Positions 31,187-41,248 of a stretch of DNA of 64,000 bases are shown one piece after another. Both the position numbers and the translations under genes were made by a program. The stretch is from the IMG/VR virus record IMGVR_UViG_3300025913_000026, positions 20,698 through 84,697 of that record; one strand, written 5' to 3'. The stretch comes from a virus. The notes under the pieces are model-generated. The model was not told the DNA's origin. It searched no databases and saw only the letters and a program-made list of their open reading frames with translations. The first letter of the stretch is position 1, and every line of letters starts with the position of its first letter.

Positions 31187-31989
31187 TGGTTAAATAGTTT
31201 ATTCACGTAATATTCAAGATTAGGCTGCGTTAAAAACTTATAATGGTTAGGCCCGTACCCAATAACATTCGGGATGGATTTACACACTTCCAGTATACGC
31301 GGTATCTTTAGCCCCTCGCTTATCTGGTATACCGAACTTTGATTCCCAATGTACAATTTACAGTTATACAAAGCTATAGCTATTTCAAAGTAATCCTTTG
31401 CCTCTAATCTTGGAATAGATATGTTATTCTGTTTGCAAAACCATTCATGTTCACTTGGTAATCCTACAAACATTACATTCCCTTCATACTTTCTTAGAAA
31501 ATTGTAGCTTATGAACATGTTATTATATCTCTCCGTCCGATTGATTAAAATCTTGCCTATAACCTGCTGATTAATAAAATACGGGATATTTAACCACGGT
31601 TTACTTAAGTCACAGGCTGTTTGGGGCAACACAAAGTGGAGGTATTCATTGATTGATCCAAATGGCATAGGAGTGTCGTGCTGCCGGAGAATGTCGAGAT
31701 GATGATCTACCTCATGCCCATCCCAAATTTCAAAATCGTGAATGTAGTCTTGACTTAATAGTAAAGGTTTTACTGCATCAAAAACTGCCCTATTCATCGT
31801 TACTGGAGTATCATTTTCATCCTTTATTGAATATTTTGCTCCGGGATAGGCTCCTACTCCGTCGTAAGGGATATTCACTCTTTGGTAAATAGTACATTTA
31901 TGGCCAGTACTTTCGTAAATCTCTTTAAATGAAGGCATTAGGCTAAGAAGGTCGCCGCACGGCATCGAATGACTGAATCTAAGTACCAT
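31183..31989 (-). CDS. Glycosyltransferase, GT9 (heptosyltransferase)-like
   Basis: GDLL..MP and YIGNQSSVYQISEGL motifs. Confidence 0.65.
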   Translation of the reverse strand: MVLRFSHSMPCGDLLSLMPSFKEIYESTGHKCTIYQRVNIPYDGVGAYPGAKYSIKDENDTPVTMNRAVFDAVKPLLLSQDYIHDFEIWDGHEVDHHLDILRQHDTPMPFGSINEYLHFVLPQTACDLSKPWLNIPYFINQQVIGKILINRTERYNNMFISYNFLRKYEGNVMFVGLPSEHEWFCKQNNISIPRLEAKDYFEIAIALYNCKLYIGNQSSVYQISEGLKIPRILEVCKSIPNVIGYGPNHYKFLTQPNLEYYVNKLFNQ

Positions 31990-31995
31990 AATTTT

Positions 31996-32011
31996 GCTAT
32001 AACGTTATAGT
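31996..32011. promoter_or_regulatory. Palindromic operator GCTATAACGTTATAGT between divergent genes
   Basis: Perfect 14-bp palindrome CTATAACGTTATAG. Confidence 0.6.
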
Positions 32012-32085
32012 TATTTAGTTTTACAAGGTCGCCGGGATTGTCTCCGGGTCAGGCTCTTTTTATTAACACTTAAAATTTTAAATCT

Positions 32086-32358
32086 ATGGCACTGACAGGC
32101 CGCGTTATCACATCGGCATACCGGAAAAACCAGTATGACCTTACCACTGCAAGAGGGATTCCCGCAACAATGGGCGTTCCCATCAATTTACCATCAGCAT
32201 TGTGTCAGCTTAGTCCAGCACCATCAGGCACAACAGCTAATGGAGTAACCATGAACTCTATCATTGAGCTTTTACCAAGTGGCTTGTACCATAATGGACA
32301 ATCTACTTTCTATTACAGCGCTGATTCTGTCGCTACCTTACAAACCAACGGAACCTAG
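32086..32358 (+). CDS. Small S/T-rich virion-like protein on the opposite strand
   Basis: 90 aa, A-rich leader, own terminator. Confidence 0.65.
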   Translation: MALTGRVITSAYRKNQYDLTTARGIPATMGVPINLPSALCQLSPAPSGTTANGVTMNSIIELLPSGLYHNGQSTFYYSADSVATLQTNGT

Positions 32359-32386
32359 TTTCTTCAAGGTTAGATTCTCATGGGTT

Positions 32387-32420
32387 GGCCCTGGTACTTA
32401 CATTAGTATTGGGGCTTTTT
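32387..32420 (+). terminator. Intrinsic terminator
   Basis: GCCCTGGTACT..AGTATTGGGGC followed by T-run. Confidence 0.5.
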
Positions 32421-32574
32421 CTTTGCTTTTTTCGCTCATGGCCATTCCATATCTTTTCAAGATTATGGGCTGCTTGTATGGTTCTTCTCTTTTTATGTAA
32501 TATTCGGATAAATCCCATCCCATCATCACAATAAACAACAGGAACCTTGTCTTTATATCCGGCAAAGTATCTAT

Positions 32575-33339
32575 TCATATAATGTCATTAATTATATTCC
32601 TATTATTCGCCCATTCCTGAATATACATTGGTAGCGGCTCAATAATTGGTACTATATCTTCCTTCGAGAAATGCACCCACGGATCAAATTCACCTCCCAT
32701 GCTTTTTAATTTTTCATCCATCCCCCATCCGAAAGTATTGCACATCATGTCCTCTATCTTTGCCATGTGCTTTTTTTTATCCCTTACAAAACCTGTATGG
32801 TAGATTCTTATTTTATCTATGTAATCTGAGTTGGCCGGTGCATCTAAGGATTGGGCATCATCAACGGATTGATATTTAGATTTCGCTAGTCTAAGTATTA
32901 CTTCTCCGACAGGCATACGATCTTCAGGTACACTCAGATAATGCTGGCTGTCTCCCCATAAGTTATATCTCCTGCAAAGATAGGCTTCATTGTTTAGCTC
33001 TATTAGCTGTCTAATGTCATCAAAACAATCTTCATGGATACATTCATCAGCTTGTAGATTTATATTCCAATCAGTATTTAAAGCGTTAATTGCGACATTG
33101 GTAAAATAAGATAATTTTTGCTGGCCTTTTTGTCGATCCCATTCTTCAGGAGGCAGGAGTAATATTTTGACTTTTTTAAATTCCAATAAAGATTCAACCA
33201 GCCGTGTAGTACCATCTGTAGATCCCGCATCCACCACGACTACTTCATCACATAAATCATTCAAACACTTAACGGATTCTATTATGTGATAATCCAGAGC
33301 AATTGAATTTCTAATAAATATTGAGCCGCCTAATGTCAT
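32575..33339 (-). CDS. Glycosyltransferase family 2
   Basis: EVVVVDAGSTDGT, LQADE (DxD-like), IYHTG. Confidence 0.85.
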   Translation of the reverse strand: MTLGGSIFIRNSIALDYHIIESVKCLNDLCDEVVVVDAGSTDGTTRLVESLLEFKKVKILLLPPEEWDRQKGQQKLSYFTNVAINALNTDWNINLQADECIHEDCFDDIRQLIELNNEAYLCRRYNLWGDSQHYLSVPEDRMPVGEVILRLAKSKYQSVDDAQSLDAPANSDYIDKIRIYHTGFVRDKKKHMAKIEDMMCNTFGWGMDEKLKSMGGEFDPWVHFSKEDIVPIIEPLPMYIQEWANNRNIINDII

Positions 33340-33920
33340 AATTTTTGTGCTACTAAATAAAATGAATACCTGTCCTCGCCTACATCTAACCCACTTTCAA
33401 CTACTCTAAAATATGGTGGATAATAATTCCCTTCATAATCTTTTGCTTCCCCGCAAAATGCTCTTTGAAAGAAGAACAAAAAGCTATCATAGTTATAGTC
33501 CCGGAAGTGCTCTTCGTTTTCTTTGTTATTATAATAACGACCATCTGGTAAATACAGTATCAAATAGCCGCACTTTTTAATGAGCCGATACCAATTCTGT
33601 ATAGCGGCAAAATCATTCTCTAAATGTTCTAAGCAATGAGATGAAAAAACTGCGCTCGCGCCCACTAAAGCCGGATGATGTAAATAACCCAATCTGTAAA
33701 TATCATTTCTATCTTCTAAGACAACATCAACTCCATCTAAAGCGCGGCCATCTACTCCTATTGCGTCCGGTTTTATTTTATGATCTGCACAACCAATATC
33801 AATTACTTTCCCTTCTAAATATTTCGGGTTTAATAACTCTCTAATCTTGTCTGTTTCGGAACAGTATGCCATAAATCTTTTATTTTTTCTATAACTTGAT
33901 TTGATGTGTATTGTGTGCAT
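33336..33920 (-). CDS. Class I SAM-dependent methyltransferase (true start probably MAYCSE)
   Basis: VIDIGC, FSSHCLEHL, GYLILYLP. Confidence 0.8.
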   Translation of the reverse strand: MHTIHIKSSYRKNKRFMAYCSETDKIRELLNPKYLEGKVIDIGCADHKIKPDAIGVDGRALDGVDVVLEDRNDIYRLGYLHHPALVGASAVFSSHCLEHLENDFAAIQNWYRLIKKCGYLILYLPDGRYYNNKENEEHFRDYNYDSFLFFFQRAFCGEAKDYEGNYYPPYFRVVESGLDVGEDRYSFYLVAQKL

Positions 33921-35272
33921 GGCGGGTATTCTTGACTATAGATACAATCATTGCCCACCACATCTACTTTATTATGATAGCAGTTTTTTGTTTCTTCTTT
34001 ACAGCATGGAGACTGAACCACTCGCATGTTTGTCATATCCGCATATCTGTATTCAGGATTTACGCTGCCAAAGAATATTACCGATGGCACATTTAACCCT
34101 ACAGCTACTTGCGCTGGCCCCGAATCTGCGCCTATAAACAAATCTGCTCCTTTTAATATGAACATCATAAATTCCAGGTTCATCGTATTCAAATAGGTAG
34201 CTATTTCGTATTCGATTCGTTTCCCTATCTGAAACACCTTATATCCATTAGCCTCTAAATACTTAACCACAGTTCCCCATTCTATTCCATGAATATCTCT
34301 ATATGGCATTCCTGTACTGTCTATGTGGATGACAGCATATTTATTGAACATCTTTTGATCTTCCCCGGCATAAAGGTTCAGTCTTGCATTTCTTATTTCC
34401 CCGTCTTTTACCCCTGCTATGTCATAATAAGACTTCAGAGTTAGCTGTTTTGGATTTATCTCGTAGGCCATATCAAGATTAACCTCAGTGTATGGCGTAT
34501 CGGGGCTTAAGGCATATTTGGGAAGAACTTGGAAGTAATGCTGAAAAAACACTTTATAAAACTCTGGCTGCGTATCCAAGACCACTCTATACCCTTTTTT
34601 GTGAAAGTAATGAAGTAATGGTTCAGCCATAACACAATCCCCCAAAGCGCCTGATCGCTTAATTACGATAGTTTCCTTAAAAGGTTCCACGTGGAAAGCG
34701 TGAAACCCAAATGTAGGTTGTTTAGGCGCGGTTAATTCATATGCAAACCTTGCGGCTACTTCATCAGTTGGGTATTTAAAATAATAATGCTTTTCTAAAT
34801 AGTATCTATATAATCGACACAGCACCTCATCTTCAGGTGAAGTAATTTCAATCATCTTATCTTTGGCAATCCTCTCTTGAAAGTGCCTTGATCTAACCGA
34901 AAACCCCCCATTTAAGTTATTACGACCATCTGTATATAATCCAGGAGCGCCTATAATATCATAATCGTAAAATTCATCTGACCATTGATCGGCATCTAAG
35001 ACCCAACTATCCCATTGACATATTAAGCAATAATCAGTAACAAAATATTTATACAACTCTTTTATAATAAATCTATTATATTGATGCCAATCTTCTAAGC
35101 CACCAACATTTATTACATCTATTCCACTAGCTTTCAAATCTATATTTGTGATTAATACACAGGCTCCAAAATCAACTTTAGCCATTGATTTATACATGGA
35201 AGCAACCGTTTCGGCTTGCTTATTTCCCGCAACTGCAATTAGCGTAACATTCGGTAATTTTAGTTTATTCAT
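33830..35272 (-). CDS. DUF5672-like glycosyltransferase fused to GT9 domain
   Basis: LICQWDSWV..YDIIGAP..NGGFSVRS..PED; ALGDCVM..FIGADSGPAQVA. Confidence 0.8.
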   Translation of the reverse strand: MNKLKLPNVTLIAVAGNKQAETVASMYKSMAKVDFGACVLITNIDLKASGIDVINVGGLEDWHQYNRFIIKELYKYFVTDYCLICQWDSWVLDADQWSDEFYDYDIIGAPGLYTDGRNNLNGGFSVRSRHFQERIAKDKMIEITSPEDEVLCRLYRYYLEKHYYFKYPTDEVAARFAYELTAPKQPTFGFHAFHVEPFKETIVIKRSGALGDCVMAEPLLHYFHKKGYRVVLDTQPEFYKVFFQHYFQVLPKYALSPDTPYTEVNLDMAYEINPKQLTLKSYYDIAGVKDGEIRNARLNLYAGEDQKMFNKYAVIHIDSTGMPYRDIHGIEWGTVVKYLEANGYKVFQIGKRIEYEIATYLNTMNLEFMMFILKGADLFIGADSGPAQVAVGLNVPSVIFFGSVNPEYRYADMTNMRVVQSPCCKEETKNCYHNKVDVVGNDCIYSQEYPPCTQYTSNQVIEKIKDLWHTVPKQTRLESY

Positions 35273-36243
35273 TTAATAGAGCTATGATTTGTTTTAAATA
35301 CTTCCAATGTAGGTGGTTCTTGTAATGGTCTGTCTGGTTGCTGTTGTGCCCAATGCCACATTTTAGCAAGCCCATCAACCAGTCTGGTTTCTTTGTTATA
35401 TCCTAAAAGTTTTTGTGACTTTTCTATGGTGCACCATGCTTCTTTTACTTCATGCCTTTCTTCAAGAAATTCTACTTTGTCATACCCAGTTATTTTTTGT
35501 AAAAGTTGATTGGCTTCAATAATAGAATACGTAGTGTAACTTCCCAGATTAATTATCTCATTACTTACGTCTTTAGCTCGATATAATGGCTCTAAAATAT
35601 CTTCAATATAAGTAAATGCCCGACTATTACTCCCATCTCCAAATATCGTCATTGGCTTATCGTGTAGTATTTGATACATCCAGATGCCGAAAACATTTCG
35701 TGCCTGATCCCATAGATTTTGCCCAGGGCCATAAACATTTCTTGGCCGAATAATGCACCAATCCAATCCTTGTGTTTCACCTGCTATTCTTATGTCCATT
35801 TCTGAGCAATACTTTGAAACTCCATAACTATCTATCGGATTAGGTGTCATTTCTTCTGTAAATGGAGGCGCACCAGAGTAAACCGCAACTGAACTAGTAA
35901 AAACTAATTTACAATTATGATTAACACAAGCGTTTATAATATTTGAAGTCCCGACAGTGTTATTAGTATGATTAAATGCTCTAATATAATTAGACCTGCC
36001 TTCTGCCGCATAAGCAGCAAAGTGATAGCATATATCGAATTTAAATGTATCAAATAAAAAATCTAATTCATTTTTATTTAAAATATCTAAAGAAGTAGTT
36101 ACTAAATTTTCGTATTGTAAAAAGTTTACAGGACTACCACTAAAATTATCAACTCCTATTATAGTATGATCTGTGTTGATTGTTAACCACATCCCTAAGT
36201 TACTTCCTATCAAACCAGCGCATCCAGTAATTAATATTTTCAT
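35269..36243 (-). CDS. NAD-dependent nucleotide-sugar epimerase/dehydratase
   Basis: ITGCAGLIG, TSSVAVY, YGVSK, RPRNVYGP. Confidence 0.9.
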   Translation of the reverse strand: MKILITGCAGLIGSNLGMWLTINTDHTIIGVDNFSGSPVNFLQYENLVTTSLDILNKNELDFLFDTFKFDICYHFAAYAAEGRSNYIRAFNHTNNTVGTSNIINACVNHNCKLVFTSSVAVYSGAPPFTEEMTPNPIDSYGVSKYCSEMDIRIAGETQGLDWCIIRPRNVYGPGQNLWDQARNVFGIWMYQILHDKPMTIFGDGSNSRAFTYIEDILEPLYRAKDVSNEIINLGSYTTYSIIEANQLLQKITGYDKVEFLEERHEVKEAWCTIEKSQKLLGYNKETRLVDGLAKMWHWAQQQPDRPLQEPPTLEVFKTNHSSIK

Positions 36244-36449
36244 TGAGTAGGTAGTTTTATTCCTTGATTCATTAATATGGCATCTTTTACTTTTTCAGGC
36301 AACTGATCGAAACTTATCCTATCATACTCTCCCGCACCAAGATGATGAAGATAATAAGGGCTATACAAGTAAATATGACCATCTACGATGATTGTTTTTT
36401 GAAAATTCCACAGGGTTGATTCTTGGTCCCGGGTTAGTAATATTTTCAT
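36240..36449 (-). CDS. Hypothetical protein
   Basis: ORF in operon. Confidence 0.5.
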   Translation of the reverse strand: MKILLTRDQESTLWNFQKTIIVDGHIYLYSPYYLHHLGAGEYDRISFDQLPEKVKDAILMNQGIKLPTQ

Positions 36450-36459
36450 TTAGGTTGTT

Positions 36460-36666
36460 TTAATCGGCACTAAGATATGATTTAGTTCTATCACAGTTTT
36501 CACCATTATTCAGAACTAGGCTGGCGGGTGTTGGATATTTTTGCCTGAACTCTTCTCGGGTATATAATTTATTATCTTCTATAAAGAAGCCTTTACCTGT
36601 TTCGCTAATGATAAATCTTGTATTTATTAATTTGTCCTTTCGGATTAAATATGTTTTAATATCCAT
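36460..36666 (-). CDS. Hypothetical protein
   Basis: ORF in operon. Confidence 0.5.
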   Translation of the reverse strand: MDIKTYLIRKDKLINTRFIISETGKGFFIEDNKLYTREEFRQKYPTPASLVLNNGENCDRTKSYLSAD

Positions 36667-36892
36667 CTTCTTTTTGTTTTAATCCAAGTATGATATGTTC
36701 TTTTTTTAAACCTGGTATTTCACATTCCAAATATGCAATCTCCATTTTTACTTCCTTTCTTTCAGAAGTAACTTGAAATGCAATCGTATCACCAACAATA
36801 TAATTCCTATCATCCTTTAGGCATATAAACGTTTTTCTGCCAGTATTAAGTAATTCAAACAATCCGTCTACTACATCTAATGTATGAGTCAT
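36656..36892 (-). CDS. ASCH/PUA-like (DUF3850-type) protein
   Basis: GRKTF..KDDRNYIVGD. Confidence 0.6.
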   Translation of the reverse strand: MTHTLDVVDGLFELLNTGRKTFICLKDDRNYIVGDTIAFQVTSERKEVKMEIAYLECEIPGLKKEHIILGLKQKEDGY

Positions 36893-36894
36893 TA

Positions 36895-37191
36895 TTAATT
36901 CTTTTTAGGTTTAGTCGTATCTTTTTTTTGTTCTGCATTTATTTGCGCTTGCACTTGTCTTGAAATTTCAGCTTGGAGAGGGGTAAGTAAGGAGTCATTG
37001 ATAAGGGTTACTGTTTTAGATGGTAGGTCTGAGTTTTTTAGATTATTCTTTGTGAACTCTAATCCGTTTGTAGCCTGTACCCAGAAGTTAATATCTCCTT
37101 CTACGTGATACATTTTCTTTGCTTGATGAGACTGAAAAGCTAATAGACCGATAAATACTAATACCATTGATGCAAATTGCCAATTTTTCAT
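36895..37191 (-). CDS. Small secreted or membrane-anchored protein
   Basis: N-terminal hydrophobic helix. Confidence 0.55.
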   Translation of the reverse strand: MKNWQFASMVLVFIGLLAFQSHQAKKMYHVEGDINFWVQATNGLEFTKNNLKNSDLPSKTVTLINDSLLTPLQAEISRQVQAQINAEQKKDTTKPKKN

Positions 37192-37562
37192 GTTGTTGTT
37201 TTAATTGTATAATTTTTAATTGAAATTATTTTGCCTAATTCTATACAGAAATACCAGTTTTGTGTTAAGAATCCTATCCAATCCTCATTAGCCATTCCAT
37301 AATGAATACCATTACAAACCACATCTATCTCTGGATCTTTCTTAGCATACCCATTCCTAAACCTCACAACATCATACTTCTCAAACGATTGCTTATGCAT
37401 TAGAGCCTTTATTAAATCTAATTGACCTAATTGGTGACAACTTTTAACAGTAAGTCTTTTAATCCAATAAGGTTTTACTTCTCTGTACTCTTCTAGCTTT
37501 ATGCCAGACGCTATCATTTCAAACGGCTCTCGCTTTAGACTTAAATGCAATATTCTATCCAT
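37188..37562 (-). CDS. ASCH domain protein
   Basis: LHLSLK..FEMIASG.KLEEYRE.KPYW..RL..FRNGY. Confidence 0.75.
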   Translation of the reverse strand: MDRILHLSLKREPFEMIASGIKLEEYREVKPYWIKRLTVKSCHQLGQLDLIKALMHKQSFEKYDVVRFRNGYAKKDPEIDVVCNGIHYGMANEDWIGFLTQNWYFCIELGKIISIKNYTIKTTT

Positions 37563-37588
37563 TTGTATTTATCTTTAATAACTGTTAG

Positions 37589-37981
37589 TTAAAAAGGCAA
37601 GTCATCGTCGCCAGATGTATCAGAGGATACCGGATTAGTGGCTGGACTTCCTGTTTGTTCCTCTCGTTTACCACCCAACAACTCAACTCTCATTACACGC
37701 ATATTCAAAAAGGCTTTTGATTCCCCTTGCTTATCTTTCCAGTTCTTTGCCTCTGGCACTCCTTCAGCCCATATTAACGTCCCCTTTTTAAGATACTGAG
37801 CTATGTTAGTGTTTTCAACCCACCAGGAACAACTAACCCAGGTTGCCTTTTCGTATTTCTGCCCGCTGGCGTCTTTATATTTATCCGTATGGCATAACGA
37901 GAAATTAATAACGCTTTCTGTCCCATGTTGCTGAACAACAGCGTCTCGTCCACAGTAGCCTATCATTTGAATTTTCAACAT
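37589..37981 (-). CDS. ssb: Single-stranded DNA-binding protein
   Basis: OB-fold pattern, YLKKGT..EG, acidic tail DDDLPF. Confidence 0.9.
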   Translation of the reverse strand: MLKIQMIGYCGRDAVVQQHGTESVINFSLCHTDKYKDASGQKYEKATWVSCSWWVENTNIAQYLKKGTLIWAEGVPEAKNWKDKQGESKAFLNMRVMRVELLGGKREEQTGSPATNPVSSDTSGDDDLPF

Positions 37982-38021
37982 AATTTTTCATTTAAAAAAT
38001 AATCAACTGTATTTAATTAAA

Positions 38022-39430
38022 TTAAAACGGGTTATCATCTTGACAATTACTTTCCTCCGGCTTCCAATACTTCAAGCTTTTGTCTGCCTCAGAGAACATC
38101 ATTTTTCTTGGATTAAAATCCAATTCGATATTTAAGTTAGCGGCCCCGTTTCTCCATTTTCTCACAATAAGATTTGCTTTAAATTCCGTGCTATTACCAT
38201 TTTCATCTACCTGATATGATTCCCCCATCATCCAATCTCTATGAATAAACATTACAACATCTGCATCTTGTTCAATACTTCCACTTTCACGTAAGTCAGA
38301 TAATTGAGGATACCGGTCAATCCCCTTCCTTCCTGTTACCGCTCTATTCAATTGACACAACACAATAACAGGGATTTCTAAATCCTTTGCCAAAAGTTTA
38401 CAAGCTCGACTCAATTGGCTTACTTCGTTCTCACGCGTTCTGTTTCTTGTGTCATTTTCGCTATTCACCAATTGCAAGTAATCAATCATCAAAACATCCA
38501 AGCCATCTGAGTGTTTTAATTTTACAGCTTTAGCCTTAATGCTTGTAGGCGAAACATCTGTCTTGTCGGTTATGTAAATAGGCAATTCTATCAACTCTTG
38601 GATTCTCCTATACCATTGCGCCTTATGATCTTCATCCCTATATAAATTCCTAAATATGGTTTTGAAGTCATCATCAGACCCCAAAGAAGATAACCTAGCC
38701 CCTATTTCATTATTATTCATCTCCAATGAAATAATTCCAACTTTTTTCCCAGTCCTGGCTATCGACATGGCCATTTGGCCCATATAAGCCGATTTGCCGA
38801 CACTTGGCCTAGCGCCTATCACAATCATCTGCCCAGGGTAGAAGCCGCCATTTTCGCGATCTAATAGCGAATTACCGGTAGTTATTCCCATGCCGCCAGT
38901 TTTACTAATCTCTTCCTGATGTACTACGAGATTGTACATCACCTCGCTCATGTCAATCAATCTTTAGCATAAGCCCCTTGATTTATCTGCTGGATGGCTC
39001 TGTTTAACTGGCTAATTTGCTCTCCTACCGCCCCCTCTAGCTTAATCCCGCCATGAGTGAGGGTTATTAGCTCTCGCTCCATCCACATCCGTTTTACGAT
39101 ATGGCAATGATATTCCAAATGAGCAGAAGTGCATACGGAGTTAGTAGTTCGCATTAAGTAATACGGTGTTGCGTATTGCATATCACCATCATTCAAATGA
39201 GTTTTATTCTCTTTATTGAACATATAATCCGCAACTGTAAGTAAATCAATTGGTAATGAAGTTTTATACATTTCAGTCATGGCTTTATAGGTGACCCTGT
39301 TTGATTCCCTGTAAAAGTTCTTTTCTTCCACAAGGCCGTATGTTCTCCCAAAAGCAGACTTCTCTAACAAGCATATGCCAATGATAGCCGTTTCTAATTC
39401 TTCGTTGTAATGAATATTTGCTTGAAACAT
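38022..39430 (-). CDS. dnaB: DnaB-like replicative helicase split by a 1-nt frameshift at about 38958
   Basis: N-domain 38957-39430 (LE.AIIG..LLE, PIDLLTV); C-domain 38022-38960 with GARPSVGKS, IDYLQL, SDLRESGSIEQDAD. Confidence 0.85.
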
Positions 39431-40245
39431 TATAAATCAGGTGTTAAGGTTCTTAATCCATTTGAAGGCGCTCGTGGCTTTTCAGGTAGCTTATAGCCAC
39501 TTTTTATTTTTGCCTGTAACCAACCGTTAAACATCCGTTTGTATTTGGATGCAGTAAAATCCCTAATATCTGTTGTTCCGGTCAAAGATGCGTTGTACAT
39601 GTACATCCATTGCTTCAGGTCATCGACTTTGAAATAATTAGCCATGCAAATCTGTTCCCTCCATTTCTGATCTTCCCAAGCCTGCTTTGCGGCAGACAAA
39701 ACAACTTCACTTCCGATTTCAGGATTTTCTACGTTGTTGTTGTTATTCTCTTTCTCTCTTTCTTTCTCTCTTTCTTTCTCTGCTTGATTTTGTTCAGCAT
39801 TTGCTTCGGTTTGCTTAACATTTGATTCAGCTTGTTGGTCTGCCGACTTTTCTTGCTTTACAATTGCTCCATTTTTGCCAGCCTCTGAACGTGCTTTGCT
39901 GATCCTTTTCCGTTTTGTAAGATTCTTTTCTACCCTATTAGAACTCAGGTAATTATCATCTACTTTGGTAAAAAGTTTAAAAGCTATACACTTTAGAAGA
40001 ATTGATTTTACTAAGTCTAAATCTTCATTGAGATCGTGCGCTATGGCCGAAAAAGTTAGTTCATCAATTTCCAACGTCCCTCCTTCTTCATGCATCATCT
40101 CGACCGCGCACCAATAAATACCGTAACCAGCGGATTTAAATTCCCGGACTAATGCTGCTATCTTTTTATCATTCCTGGCATTTAAATCATGGCTGAAAAA
40201 AAGTGCATCTTTAGCCATTTTGCTTTGATTTTGCCAGTTTTTCAA
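39430..40245 (-). CDS. Replication initiator-like protein (DUF4373/Lin1244-type N-terminus)
   Basis: FFSHDLNARND.KI...GYGIYW..VEM; directly upstream of helicase. Confidence 0.7.
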   Translation of the reverse strand: MKNWQNQSKMAKDALFFSHDLNARNDKKIAALVREFKSAGYGIYWCAVEMMHEEGGTLEIDELTFSAIAHDLNEDLDLVKSILLKCIAFKLFTKVDDNYLSSNRVEKNLTKRKRISKARSEAGKNGAIVKQEKSADQQAESNVKQTEANAEQNQAEKEREKEREKENNNNNVENPEIGSEVVLSAAKQAWEDQKWREQICMANYFKVDDLKQWMYMYNASLTGTTDIRDFTASKYKRMFNGWLQAKIKSGYKLPEKPRAPSNGLRTLTPDL

Positions 40246-40558
40246 GCTGGGTATTTACGATATTGTTTAATGCATCTCGTATTTCCGAATTAAACATACC
40301 CAGCATATGGAGAGTATGGTATATGCTATCCCCATCTTGTTTAATATCCTCTTCCTCTTTGTGGCATTTATAGCAAAGTGTTACGAGTAATGTATCTGGA
40401 TAGTCCAAAGGCTTTCTTCCGTTAATATAATGCCGGTGGTGGATATGAAGTGTGTCTTTTTTGTTCCCGCACTTTTGACAAGAAAAGTTATCTCTATTAA
40501 GTATCTCTAATCGTTTACGTTGCCAAATAGGGTCTTTTAGCATGTCTTGATATGTCAT
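40211..40558 (-). CDS. HNH endonuclease
   Basis: WQRKRLEILNRDNFSCQKCG..LHIHH..LVTLCYKCH. Confidence 0.85.
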   Translation of the reverse strand: MTYQDMLKDPIWQRKRLEILNRDNFSCQKCGNKKDTLHIHHRHYINGRKPLDYPDTLLVTLCYKCHKEEEDIKQDGDSIYHTLHMLGMFNSEIRDALNNIVNTQLEKLAKSKQNG

Positions 40559-40571
40559 TGGATGCCAGGAT

Positions 40572-40781
40572 TTAATAGGTTCCAGAAATAGATTTCTCGT
40601 TAGCTATCTTCTTTTTAGCTAAATATTGCTCGTATTCTTCGATTCTGTTGTAGAGAGTTTTTCGATCTATCTGGAGAAGTTCAGCGGCCTTGCGCTTGTT
40701 GAATTTTGTTTTTTTTAGGGCATCTACAATAATTTCATATTCCGCCAGCAAGGCGGCTTCACTTAGGGGTGTAAGATTCAT
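40572..40781 (-). CDS. Fis-type HTH protein
   Basis: ALKKT.FNKRKAAELLQIDRKTLYNRI. Confidence 0.8.
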   Translation of the reverse strand: MNLTPLSEAALLAEYEIIVDALKKTKFNKRKAAELLQIDRKTLYNRIEEYEQYLAKKKIANEKSISGTY

Positions 40782-40933
40782 ATTTTATAGGAATTGTTTT
40801 ACGAATATAGGTGGAATAGAAATTGCAGAAAAATAAATCTTTTGCATATGCGAATATATTTCCACATATTTTGAAGGATTATAGAACATTGGAGTGGTAC
40901 GAGTTTTTAAAGGCGCTGGTGGTTTTTCAAAAA

Positions 40934-41248
40934 TTATTTTGTGGTATTATACCATTTTATTGCCATTACTAAGTTATGAAAAGCGGCCTCTTTATTGTCA
41001 TAGCAAATTGCCCCAGCAACTAAACCTTTAAGATCGCTATGCCTGAACTGATGCAGTTCTTTCTTGAATTTCAAGTCTCTAAACTTAAACCATGCATCCA
41101 TTAGCCAGTTCCAATCTGTATGATATTTCATTGGCGGAAGCGATTCATCTGGACATCCTTTATAATCACTTATATGAGAAAGCTGAAATGATTTACCAAC
41201 AAATTCACCTATGACCCTATTCCCGGATAAACGTTCTTCTTTTGTCAT
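40934..41248 (-). CDS. Hypothetical phage protein
   Basis: YHTDWNWLM motif common in Bacteroidota phages. Confidence 0.6.
   Translation of the reverse strand: MTKEERLSGNRVIGEFVGKSFQLSHISDYKGCPDESLPPMKYHTDWNWLMDAWFKFRDLKFKKELHQFRHSDLKGLVAGAICYDNKEAAFHNLVMAIKWYNTTK

Noticed and set aside
38940-38975. Stop-codon reassignment (TGA read-through)
   Set aside because: The DnaB break is a frameshift, not an in-frame stop; genes are intact under the standard code and no suppressor tRNA is seen
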